A DNA stretch of 64,000 nt, from the NCBI GenBank assembly GCA_958295725.1, contig OY282368.1, positions 2,882,365 through 2,946,364 on the forward strand. Reading direction: 5' to 3'. The notes under the pieces were generated by a model. That model was given only the letters and a program-made list of their open reading frames with translations, did not search any database and was not told the origin of the DNA. The stretch is from an uncultured Alphaproteobacteria bacterium. GTDB taxonomy: Bacteria > Pseudomonadota > Alphaproteobacteria > UBA2966. Of the stretch, positions 40,782 to 49,041 are shown one piece after another; positions within the stretch are counted from its first letter, which is position 1, and the number at the start of each line of letters is the position of its first letter. Both the position numbers and the translations under genes were made by a program.

Positions 40782-41941
40782 CAGAGGATTGTCCGCGACA
40801 AGCCGGTGTCCTGGTTCAGGACATATGAGACACGGGGGTCTCTTTGGCTGTCAGTGAGTGAAGGTACTGGGCGGGGGTGTGTCCGCCAAGGGCCTGGTGC
40901 GGTCTGAAGGTGTTGAATTCGTCGGCGAAGGCGTCGATCCATCGGTTGATGTCGTCGAGGTTGTCGTCGGGCAGGTCCCATGTGGCGTAGAACTCGTATC
41001 TCCAGGCGCCGTTGTTGCGCTCGACGTGACCGTTGAGCTTGGGCGAGCGTGGCGGGAGTTCGAAGAGGTCGATGCCGCGGCGCTGGCATTCGGTCTCGAA
41101 GTCGGCCTTGAACCCGGAGCCTCCATCGACCTGGATGGCTTCGATGGGGAAGGGCATGTCGGCCTGGAGCTTGTCGAGGAAGCGCCTGGCGTTGTGTGCG
41201 GTTGCGCGTCTCCAGGCCTGTGCGCAGGTCCACTTTGCGACGGGGTCATGGGCGGTGAACTGCTTGATGGCGGGCCGGGCTGTGTGTGGCGAGACGGTGA
41301 GGGTGTCGAGTTGGACGATCTCTCCGGGTGTAGTGGGCTTGCGGCCCCTGGGCAGGCGTCTGGCGTATGGTCTGAGGCGCCGGTCGGCGCGCGGTCCGTT
41401 GCGGCGCAAGGTCGGGACCGGGGTGACGGCGCCGCGCTCCATGAGGGTCTTGAGGATGCGGCCCGTGGTGCTCTCGCTTGCCGCGTGCCCGTTGCGTCGG
41501 AGCAGGACGGCGATCTTGGCCTTGCCCCACATGGGGTAGTCGGCGCGTGTCTCCCGGACCGCCGTCACCAGCGCCGCCGACCAGGTGGGCCGGCGCGGGG
41601 TGTGCGGGCGGCGCGAGCACGGCTTGAGGCGGTTGCGGTCCGCCAGCCTCTGCCACCGGTAGAGGGTCGATCTCGGAACGCCGACGGCGTTGGCGGCCGC
41701 TCGTGCGGTCAGGCCGTCGGCCCGGGCTTGGCGCCAGCGCTCAAGGGCGTCGCGCCTGTGCGCTTCGTCGCTCCGCTCCTTGCCGCACAGGCGCGACGCC
41801 AGGGCGGCTCCTCGTGTAATCTGCCGGGGCAGGCCGAAGGTCTGCATGGGGGTTCTCCTTCACGCTGCTTGTTCAACACCAACAGCGTCGGAGACCCCCG
41901 CCCTTACATCAAGGGCCGTGTCTCACATCTGTCTGAACTAG
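40782..41941 (-). mobile_element. IS481-family insertion sequence (~1.16 kb) carrying a single DDE transposase
   Basis: Imperfect terminal inverted repeats: TGGTTCAGGACATATGAGACACGG on the left versus TAGTTCAGACAGATGTGAGACACGG on the right (reverse complement). The right end carries an additional 16-bp palindrome, GCCCTTGATGTAAGGGC. No clean target-site duplication could be identified. Confidence 0.7.
40816..41847 (-). CDS. IS481-family DDE transposase (N-terminal HTH plus rve integrase core)
   Basis: HTH region (LTARAAANAVGVPRSTLYRWQR) and the rve D,D,E triad region (QLDTLTV, IQVDGGSGF, NGHVERNNGA). The 343-aa single ORF fits IS481 rather than a two-ORF IS3. Confidence 0.75.
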   Translation of the reverse strand: MQTFGLPRQITRGAALASRLCGKERSDEAHRRDALERWRQARADGLTARAAANAVGVPRSTLYRWQRLADRNRLKPCSRRPHTPRRPTWSAALVTAVRETRADYPMWGKAKIAVLLRRNGHAASESTTGRILKTLMERGAVTPVPTLRRNGPRADRRLRPYARRLPRGRKPTTPGEIVQLDTLTVSPHTARPAIKQFTAHDPVAKWTCAQAWRRATAHNARRFLDKLQADMPFPIEAIQVDGGSGFKADFETECQRRGIDLFELPPRSPKLNGHVERNNGAWRYEFYATWDLPDDNLDDINRWIDAFADEFNTFRPHQALGGHTPAQYLHSLTAKETPVSHMS

Positions 41942-41984
41942 GTCAGCCGGCGCGCTTGTCTTCCAGTCGCGAAACGCCGATAGT

Positions 41985-42095
41985 GCGGGCGGGAGATTGG
42001 CCGATGGACGGGCCTCTTCGCCAACCCGGTCAGGTCCGGAAGGAAGCAGCCGTAACGATGTCGGTCCGGGTCGTCCGTCCAATCTCCCGCCTTGG
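41985..42095 (+). ncRNA. ffs: Signal recognition particle RNA (4.5S-type SRP RNA)
   Basis: The invariant domain IV motif GGTCAGGTCCGGAAGGAAGCAGCC is present. It is enclosed by a long helix formed by GGCGGGAGATTGG (41988-42000) pairing with CCAATCTCCCGCC (42079-42091). It lies immediately upstream of dnaX, the conserved position. The ends are approximate. Confidence 0.85.
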
Positions 42096-42170
42096 CCCCG
42101 CCGGCCGGACGATCCGGAGCCGCGCGACCGCTGCGCGAGGGACGTTGGCCGTACCTGTCGCCGGGATACC

Positions 42171-43943
42171 ATGACCGACACTTCAACGTCGTCCCCCTAT
42201 CGCGTTCTCGCACGCAAGTATCGGCCCCGGGCCTTCGGTGACCTTGTCGGCCAGGAGGTTATGGTGCGCACGCTCACCAACGCGATACGGGCCGGGCGGC
42301 TGCCGCACGCGTTCGTGCTGACGGGCGTTCGTGGCGTGGGCAAGACCTCGACCGCGCGCATCATCGCCAAGGCGATGAATTGCACGGGCCGCGGCGACGG
42401 GCCGACGGAGGACCCCTGCGGCGCGTGCGAGCACTGCGTGGCGATCTCAGAGGATCGGCACGTCGACGTGCTCGAGATGGACGCCGCCAGCCACACGGGC
42501 GTCGACGACATCCGCGAGCTCATCGACGGCGTACGGTACGCCCCGGTCACGGGCCGGTACAAGGTCTACATCGTCGACGAGGTCCACATGCTGTCGCGCA
42601 ACGCGTTCAACGCGTTACTGAAGACGCTGGAGGAGCCGCCACCCCATGCGATGTTCGTGTTCGCGACCACGGAGGTCCGCCGCATACCCGTCACCGTGCT
42701 CTCACGCTGCATGCGTTTCGATCTCCGACGTATCGAGGCCGCATCGCTCGTGGATCATCTGGCGCGGATCTGCGAGCTAGAGGCCGTCCGGATCGAGAAG
42801 AGCGCGCTGGACATCGTCGCCCGCGCGGCGGAAGGGTCGGTACGCGACTCCTTGTCGCTTCTCGACCAGGCCGCGACGCTGGCGGACGGAGAGGTCTCGG
42901 TCGCTCGTGTCCGGGACATGCTCGGTCTGGCCGACCGTGCCCAGATGTACGAACTTCTGGAACGGGTGCTGCGCGGGGATGCCGCCGGGGCGTTGGGTGC
43001 GTTCGGCGAGCTCGTCGGCGCGGGGGCCGAACCCGACCTCGTGGTGGAAGACCTTCTCGCGCTGACCCACTGGCTGACCCGGCTGAAGGTGGTTCCGGAC
43101 TCGCTCGGCGACCCGACCGTCGCCGAGACGGACCGCGCGCACGGCGAGCGCATGGCGGCCGGCCTCTCCATGCCGGCCTTGACGCGAGCCTGGCAGATAT
43201 TGCTCAAGGGACTGAACGAGGTGAGATCGGCGCCTTCTCCGGGCGCGGCCGCCGAGATGGTCATCGTGCGCCTCGGGTACGCGGCGAACCTGCCCCCGCC
43301 GGCGGAGATCGTTCGCCGGTTGACGGAGGCGGACAGCGGCGCGACGGCCACCGCGGCGGGCGATGCATCCAATGCCGGAGACCGGACGGCAGGGGCCTCC
43401 ACGGCCGCGGGAGGCGGCGCATCTCCCGTCCCGGCCGGTAGCGCGGCCACGGTGGCGGCACCCTCGCTCCCCCGGGAATCCGGAACCGCCCCGATCGTGC
43501 GGAGCGCTCCGGAACCGGCCCACGGGCGGGCGCTGACCGATTTCGAGGCCGTCGTCGATTTCGTTCGCGAGATGAAGGAGCCGATCCTCGCGACGGAGTT
43601 GCGGAACAACGTCCGCCTCGTCGGTTTCGAGCCCGGACGGATCGAGCTTCGACTGGACGACAAGGCGAGACCCGACCTGCCCGGCCATCTCGGAGGTCTG
43701 CTGAGCGAAGGCACGGGACGCCGTTGGGTGATCTCGGTCTCGCGGGCCGAGGGCGCACCGACGCTGAACCAGCAGGCGGAATCGGCCGAACGGGATCGCC
43801 GGACCCGGATCGAGCGGCACCCGCTGGTGCGAAAGGCGCTGGATACCTTTCCAGGCGCCGAGATCCGGGATATCCGGGAAGCGGCATCGCTCGCCGACAC
43901 GGGAGAGATGTCAGTAGCTCCCGAGGAAGAGGAAGACCTCTAA
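42171..43943 (+). CDS. dnaX: DNA polymerase III subunits gamma/tau
   Basis: AAA+ clamp-loader motifs (GVRGVGKTSTARI, SRC-like) and a tau C-terminal region. The start was trimmed to MTDTSTSSPYRVLARKYRP; the track ORF ran back through ffs. Confidence 0.95.
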   Translation: MTDTSTSSPYRVLARKYRPRAFGDLVGQEVMVRTLTNAIRAGRLPHAFVLTGVRGVGKTSTARIIAKAMNCTGRGDGPTEDPCGACEHCVAISEDRHVDVLEMDAASHTGVDDIRELIDGVRYAPVTGRYKVYIVDEVHMLSRNAFNALLKTLEEPPPHAMFVFATTEVRRIPVTVLSRCMRFDLRRIEAASLVDHLARICELEAVRIEKSALDIVARAAEGSVRDSLSLLDQAATLADGEVSVARVRDMLGLADRAQMYELLERVLRGDAAGALGAFGELVGAGAEPDLVVEDLLALTHWLTRLKVVPDSLGDPTVAETDRAHGERMAAGLSMPALTRAWQILLKGLNEVRSAPSPGAAAEMVIVRLGYAANLPPPAEIVRRLTEADSGATATAAGDASNAGDRTAGASTAAGGGASPVPAGSAATVAAPSLPRESGTAPIVRSAPEPAHGRALTDFEAVVDFVREMKEPILATELRNNVRLVGFEPGRIELRLDDKARPDLPGHLGGLLSEGTGRRWVISVSRAEGAPTLNQQAESAERDRRTRIERHPLVRKALDTFPGAEIRDIREAASLADTGEMSVAPEEEEDL

Positions 43944-44011
43944 GCCGTGTTGATGAATTGGTGGAATTTGTGGATGATAGTTCTCCGTCGATGGTCTTGG
44001 GAGAACAAGCA

Positions 44012-44167
44012 TGGCCTTACGCCTACTCATCAGCGATGCTCTGTGGTCGAAAATCGAACCCGTGCTCCAGGAGCTCAAGCACGCCGCCGGCAGCCCGTCG
44101 GCGCTCAGCGACCGGATGTTCATCGAGGGCCTAGACTCCTTGAACGGAGAGCAGATTGATCTCTGAT
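44012..44167 (+). pseudogene. IS5-family transposase N-terminal fragment (51 codons, truncated)
   Basis: LISDALWSKIEPVLQELKHAAGSPSALSDRMFIEGL matches the IS5/IS427-group transposase N-terminus, then diverges into a stop. Confidence 0.55.
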
Positions 44168-44257
44168 TCGAACCAGATGGCGGGGCGATGTATCGGAATC
44201 TCGAATGGGCTGGTACAGTTGCCATCCTCAGCACTATTGTTGGAGTCTGACTGACCC

Positions 44258-44734
44258 ATGAACAAGAAGGCGGCAGCGACAGTCATTGTCGCGTTTTTCC
44301 TCGTCGGCTGCGCAGCCCTAGAGCGTGCGGAATGCAACCTTTCCAGTAACGCCCGTCATGTTTGGAGGCTTGTCGATTCCGCCGACCGCGAGGCGAGAGC
44401 TGCCCTACTCCGCACAGACGACAGCAACGCCGAGGTAGTCCTCGCGGCTTGGAGTCGTGTCCAAGCGCATAGCGGCCGCGCGCTTCAGGCTGCACGCGAT
44501 GCCAGCTATCACAGATTCGAGGACGCTGCGAGGACAGCGTATCTCGACCTGCTCACTTTGAACGAGGCTGCGACCGATGCATACCAAGCTGTTACGGACG
44601 CTCTTTCCCGCGCCCGCGATGCTGTCTTGATCGAGCGAGCCGAGACTGCCAAACAGGCCGTAGTCCGGGCGGGCGGGGCTGCCCTCAAGTCCGCCCGTCG
44701 CGCGTCCGTCCTTTACTCGTATCCAGGGTGCTAG
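44258..44734 (+). CDS. Hypothetical lipoprotein (158 aa), cargo within the IS5-remnant island
   Basis: Signal peptide plus lipobox (FFLVGCAAL); the mature part is predicted alpha-helical and Ala-rich. GC is about 57%, well below the flanking genes. Confidence 0.5.
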   Translation: MNKKAAATVIVAFFLVGCAALERAECNLSSNARHVWRLVDSADREARAALLRTDDSNAEVVLAAWSRVQAHSGRALQAARDASYHRFEDAARTAYLDLLTLNEAATDAYQAVTDALSRARDAVLIERAETAKQAVVRAGGAALKSARRASVLYSYPGC

Positions 44735-44827
44735 CCCAGTAGAGACGAGCGCTCCATACGGCTGTGGCCGAAGTCCAGCGGCTCGCCGAACGTTAATCGT
44801 CCGCTCGAATCATGTTAGGAGAGGAGA

Positions 44828-45001
44828 ATGCAGAGAGTCAGTAAACCATGCTTGAAGCAGGTTCAAGAAGCCCTTGGAGTGTACGAGGAAGAAGTCGAAG
44901 CTTCAAGGTTGGCGCATTCAACCAAACGAACTTATCTGCAACACGCCGGAGAATTTGTTCGTTGGTTAGAAGGTGACTTTAAGCCGGGCGTGAATGTATG
45001 A
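44828..45001 (+). CDS. Small 57-aa ORF, possibly a fragment resembling a tyrosine-recombinase N-terminal (core-binding) domain
   Basis: A strong Shine-Dalgarno AGGAGAGGAG lies 6 nt upstream of the ATG. The motif TKRTYLQHAGEFVRWLEG resembles integrase SAM-like N-terminal domains. GC is about 45-50%. Confidence 0.3.
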   Translation: MQRVSKPCLKQVQEALGVYEEEVEASRLAHSTKRTYLQHAGEFVRWLEGDFKPGVNV

Positions 45002-45039
45002 GATGACAGAGACTAGGCCGTGTTGACGAGGCGCCGGCG

Positions 45040-45336
45040 TTGCCCGCCTTGACGGCCGTGGTGATGGACAAGGCGTATGACGGCAACGCCATTCATCGGT
45101 TCTTGGCCGTGCGGGGGATCGAGGCTGTCATCCCGTCGAAAGCGAACCGGACCGAACCGATCCCTCACGATGCGCGGAAGTACGGGTCGCGGGAGAAGGT
45201 CGAGCGGTTCTTCAACAAGCTCAAGCAGTTCCGCCGCATCGCCACCCGCTACGAGAAGCTCGGTCGGACGTTCCTAGCGTTTGTTCATGTCGTGTCCGCA
45301 TGGATCGCACTCCGACAATTCGTCGACACAGCCTAG
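45040..45336 (+). pseudogene. IS5-family transposase C-terminal fragment (DDE 'E' region), no intact start
   Basis: [35 protein letters not shown]...[31 protein letters not shown] is the conserved C-terminal ~100 aa of IS427-group transposases. Confidence 0.65.
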
Positions 45337-45354
45337 AAACCGGAGGGGATCGTC

Positions 45355-45678
45355 ATGCGCAACCTGGGCGAGATGATGAAGCAGGCGCAGGAGATGCAAG
45401 CCAGAATGGGCGAAGCCCAGGAGCGGATCGGAGCCATGCAGGTCACCGGGGTCTCGGGCGGCGGCATGGTCGAGGTGACGTTATCCGGCAAGAGCGACAT
45501 GCGACGGGTCCAGATCGACCCGTCCCTGCTCGGGGGCGACGACAAGGAGATGCTCGAGGACCTCATCGTCGCCGCGCACAACGACGCGAAGGCCAAGGCC
45601 GAAGAGCTCGTGCGGGAAGAAATAGCGAAGGTGACGGGCGCGCTCAAACTGCCGCCGGGCCTCGCGCTGCCATTCTGA
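45355..45678 (+). CDS. ybaB: Nucleoid-associated protein YbaB/EbfC
   Basis: YbaB family sequence ([12 protein letters not shown]...[16 protein letters not shown]). Confidence 0.9.
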   Translation: MRNLGEMMKQAQEMQARMGEAQERIGAMQVTGVSGGGMVEVTLSGKSDMRRVQIDPSLLGGDDKEMLEDLIVAAHNDAKAKAEELVREEIAKVTGALKLPPGLALPF

Positions 45679-45697
45679 CCGCATCCCGCCCTCCAGG

Positions 45698-46292
45698 CAT
45701 GCGTGACGGCCACATCGAACGCTTGATTCAGTTGCTGGCCCGGCTTCCCGGCCTGGGTCCGCGCTCGGCGCGCCGCGCCGCCCTGCATCTCGTCAAGCGC
45801 AGGGATACGCTCCTCGAACCGCTGGCCCGGGCCCTGAACGCCGTCGCCGACGCCGTTCGTCCCTGCTCGACGTGCGGAAACCTGGATGCCGTGGACCCCT
45901 GCGGGGTTTGCGTGGACGGCCGCCGGGATCCATCCCGGATCTGCGTTGTGGAAGAGGTCGCGGACCTTTGGGCGCTCGAACGCGCCGGCGTCTTTCGCGG
46001 GCGGTATCAGGTTCTGGGCGGCACGCTGTCCGCGCTGGACGGCATCGGGCCGGAGGACCTCAACATCGCCAGCCTGATCGCCCGCGCGAGAAAGCCGGAG
46101 GTCAGGGAAATCATTCTCGCCCTCAATGCGACCGTCGATGGCCAGACGACGACCCATTACATCCATGATTGCCTCGCGGCGTGCGACGTCGACGTCTCGC
46201 AGCTCGCCCATGGCGTCCCGGTGGGCGGCGAGCTCGACTATCTCGACGACGGGACCATCGGGGCGGCATTGAAATCCCGTCGTCGAATGTAG
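45698..46292 (+). CDS. recR: Recombination protein RecR
   Basis: HhH region ([21 protein letters not shown]), C4 zinc finger (CSTCGNL...CGVC), and a Toprim domain. The start was trimmed to MRDGHIERL. Confidence 0.9.
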
Positions 46293-46293
46293 G

Positions 46294-47379
46294 TCACCCC
46301 GTGTCGCGTTCCGGGGGCGGCAACGGTTGAACCCGGGCGTCCGGACTCTCGTCGCCGGCTTCCATCTCGCCGATTCGGATGTTCTCGATGTTCTCGCCCC
46401 GCTTGATCACCTTGTCCGTGGAGATGCGGATCTGGCGCATATCTTCCCCCGCTTGGTCGAAGTGCCGGTGCAGCTTGAAGACGCGGTCGTCGAGTCGAAC
46501 AACGTCCTTCAACAGGGCCTGTACTTCCCGCTGGACGACGCCAGCCTGTTCCCGCATCCGCGCGTCCTGAAGGACCGCGCGGACCGTGTTGAGGGTGGCC
46601 ATCAGCGTGGTCGGCGAAACGATCCACACGCGGCGGCGAAACGATTTCTCAAGCGGGCCCGGAAAGTTGGCGTGGAGCTCGGCGTAGACGGCTTCGGCGG
46701 GAAGGAACATCAGCGCCGACTCCGCCGTCTCGCCAGGAACGATGTAGCGGTCCGCGATGTCGCCGACATGTTTCAGGATGTCCCGCGCGAACGACTGGGC
46801 GGCGGCCGCCCGAGCCGCCTCGTCCTCCGCCGACCGCAGGGCGCGATAGCTCTCAAGCGGAAACTTCGCGTCCACGACGATCGGCCCCGGCGGATTGGGA
46901 AGTCTGATCAGGCAATCGGCCCGTCGGTTGTTCGACAACGTGGCCTGGAACTCGTAGGCGGACGGCGGCAGCGCGGAGCGCACGAGATCGTGAAGCTGGA
47001 GCTCTCCGAAGGCGCCTCGCGCCTGCTTGTTGGCGAGGATGTCCTGAAGTCCGACGACATGCCCGCTCAACTCCGCGATGTTCTTCTGCGCCTCGTCGAG
47101 AACGTCGAGGTGCTTCTTGAGGTCTCCGAGCGTTTCGGCGGTACGGGCCGCCGACCGTTCCAGCCCCTCGCCCAGCCTGTGGGTAACGCCGTCGAGGCGC
47201 TCGTCGAGTGCGCGCCGCAATTCCGCCCGGTCCGCCTTCGCGCTCTCCGCGATCTGGGCGATACGACCGCGCGTTTCCCGTTGCGCGCCGATCAGGAACG
47301 CGGCGAGGAAAACGGCGCCAGCCAGCAGCACGGCGGCCACGACCATGGCGACGACGACGAGACCCGCCGCGTCCATCAA
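46294..47379 (-). CDS. rmuC: DNA recombination protein RmuC
   Basis: N-terminal TM segment, a long coiled coil, and the RmuC C-terminal domain (MFLPAEAVYAE...WIVSPTTLMATLNTV). Confidence 0.85.
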   Translation of the reverse strand: MMDAAGLVVVAMVVAAVLLAGAVFLAAFLIGAQRETRGRIAQIAESAKADRAELRRALDERLDGVTHRLGEGLERSAARTAETLGDLKKHLDVLDEAQKNIAELSGHVVGLQDILANKQARGAFGELQLHDLVRSALPPSAYEFQATLSNNRRADCLIRLPNPPGPIVVDAKFPLESYRALRSAEDEAARAAAAQSFARDILKHVGDIADRYIVPGETAESALMFLPAEAVYAELHANFPGPLEKSFRRRVWIVSPTTLMATLNTVRAVLQDARMREQAGVVQREVQALLKDVVRLDDRVFKLHRHFDQAGEDMRQIRISTDKVIKRGENIENIRIGEMEAGDESPDARVQPLPPPERDTG

Positions 47380-47581
47380 CGCTTGGTCCGGCTACGCATC
47401 GCCGCCACCGTAGCACATCCGCGGAACCCGTCGCGGCCGCGAGGAAGGAAGCCGTCGTTCCAGCCGGGACGCGACATATCCTCCAAAAATCCGAAAGCGC
47501 CCCCCTCCTGGCGTTTGCCCCTTTGCCGGAGACGCGACCTGGGGTAAGGAAGTCGCCGCCGATCAGAGGATACGAACGTCC

Positions 47582-48106
47582 ATGGCGATATTGCCCATCA
47601 TCACGGCCCCGAGCCCGAAGCTGAAGGCGATCTCCGGGGAGGTCGAACGCGTCGACGACGACGTGCGCCGGTTGCTCGACGACATGCTGGAAACCATGTA
47701 CGCGGCTCCAGGCATCGGACTGACCGCCATCCAGGTGGGCGTTCCCAGACGCGCGATCGTCATCGATCTGGGCCGGGAGGCGCAGCCGGCGGGACCTCTC
47801 TTCCTCGTCAATCCCGAGATCGCGTGGTCCTCCGAAGAGCTCCTCGAAAGAGAGGAAGGCTGCCTCTCCCTGCCGGATCAATACGCGGATGTCATCCGCC
47901 CGTCGGAAGTGAAGATCGGTTATCTCGACTACGACAACGTGCGGCGCGAAATCCATGCCGACCAGATACTCTCGACGTGCATCCAGCACGAGATGGACCA
48001 TCTCGACGGCATTCTGTTCGTAGACCGCCTCTCCGCCGTAAAGCGGAACATCATCGTCCGCAAGCTCGCCAAGGCACGCAGACAGGCGCGGTACGCCACG
48101 GCCTGA
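47582..48106 (+). CDS. def: Peptide deformylase
   Basis: PDF motifs GIGLTAIQVG, EGCLS and HEMDHL. Confidence 0.95.
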   Translation: MAILPIITAPSPKLKAISGEVERVDDDVRRLLDDMLETMYAAPGIGLTAIQVGVPRRAIVIDLGREAQPAGPLFLVNPEIAWSSEELLEREEGCLSLPDQYADVIRPSEVKIGYLDYDNVRREIHADQILSTCIQHEMDHLDGILFVDRLSAVKRNIIVRKLAKARRQARYATA

Positions 48107-48113
48107 TCCCGAC

Positions 48114-49037
48114 ATGGCGCTTCAGTTGGTTTTCATGGGCACACCCGATTTCGCGGTGCCGTCCCTGTCGGCGCTGTTCGATGCCGGCCACGACGTGGCG
48201 CGGGTTTACACACGGCCGCCACGGCCAGCGGGCCGCGGCAAACAGGCCCGGCCCACGCCGGTGCACGAGTCCGCGACCCGGCTCGGCATCGCGGTCCGGA
48301 CCCCGGAGACCCTGCGCGCGGAGGAAGAGCGCGGCCACCTCGCGTCGCTTGGCCTCGACGCCATCGTGGTCGTGGCCTACGGGCTCGTTCTGCCGAAGCC
48401 GGTACTCGACATCCCACGACTCGGTTGCCTCAACGTCCATGCGTCACTTCTGCCGCGCTGGCGCGGGGCGGCACCCATCCAGCGCGCATTGATGGCCGGC
48501 GACACCGAGTCGGGAGTCAGCATCATGTCGATGGACGAGGGGGTGGATACCGGCCCGGTATATCTCCAGCGTCGGATCCCTATCTCGGCGGACGAAACCG
48601 CGGGCTCCCTGTACGATCGTCTGGCCCGGTCGGGCGCCGAACTGATGGTCGAATCCCTGATCGGGTTGCGCGACGGAACCCTCGAACCGACGGCCCAGTT
48701 CGAGGAGGACGCGACCTACGCGCCAAGGATCCAACGTTCCGAAGAGGAGATCGACTGGCGGCGTTCCGCGACCGAGATCGACCGCCGGATCAGGGCGCTG
48801 GCCCCGACGCCCGGTGCCTGGTTCCACCATGCCGGAGAACGCCTCAAGGTATTCGCATGTACGAAAACGAACGAGCTCTCGGGCGCGCCGGGCGAAGTCC
48901 TGGACGACCGGCTCACCGTCGCCTGCGGCGACGGCGCGCTCCGCCTCGACCGGATCCAGCGCGAAGGCCGCCGGGCGACGGACACCCGCGCGTTCCTGCG
49001 CGGCCGGCCGCTGCCGACGGGTACGCTGCTGGGCTAA
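48114..49037 (+). CDS. fmt: Methionyl-tRNA formyltransferase
   Basis: Formyl-transferase N-terminal domain with the SLLP motif ([17 protein letters not shown]), and an Fmt C-terminal domain. Confidence 0.95.
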   Translation: MALQLVFMGTPDFAVPSLSALFDAGHDVARVYTRPPRPAGRGKQARPTPVHESATRLGIAVRTPETLRAEEERGHLASLGLDAIVVVAYGLVLPKPVLDIPRLGCLNVHASLLPRWRGAAPIQRALMAGDTESGVSIMSMDEGVDTGPVYLQRRIPISADETAGSLYDRLARSGAELMVESLIGLRDGTLEPTAQFEEDATYAPRIQRSEEEIDWRRSATEIDRRIRALAPTPGAWFHHAGERLKVFACTKTNELSGAPGEVLDDRLTVACGDGALRLDRIQREGRRATDTRAFLRGRPLPTGTLLG

Positions 49038-49041
49038 GGCC

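Larger units (their letters stand above)
43944..45336 (+). mobile_element. Mosaic island of degraded IS5-family (IS427-like) element remnants flanking lower-GC cargo, inserted in the dnaX-ybaB intergenic region
   Basis: A left terminus GCCGTGTTGA precedes a transposase N-terminal fragment (44012-44167, MALRLLISDALWSKIEPVLQ...). A second GGCCGTGTTGA (45017) is joined directly to a transposase C-terminal fragment (45040-45336, DKAYDG...[19 protein letters not shown]), which ends in an IR-like TCGACACAGCC. Between them is about 860 bp at roughly 55% GC carrying a lipoprotein ORF and a 57-aa ORF. Confidence 0.6.

Noticed and set aside
43911-44234. 107-aa minus-strand ORF
   Set aside because: It is antisense to the IS5 transposase N-terminal fragment and has no homology or RBS.
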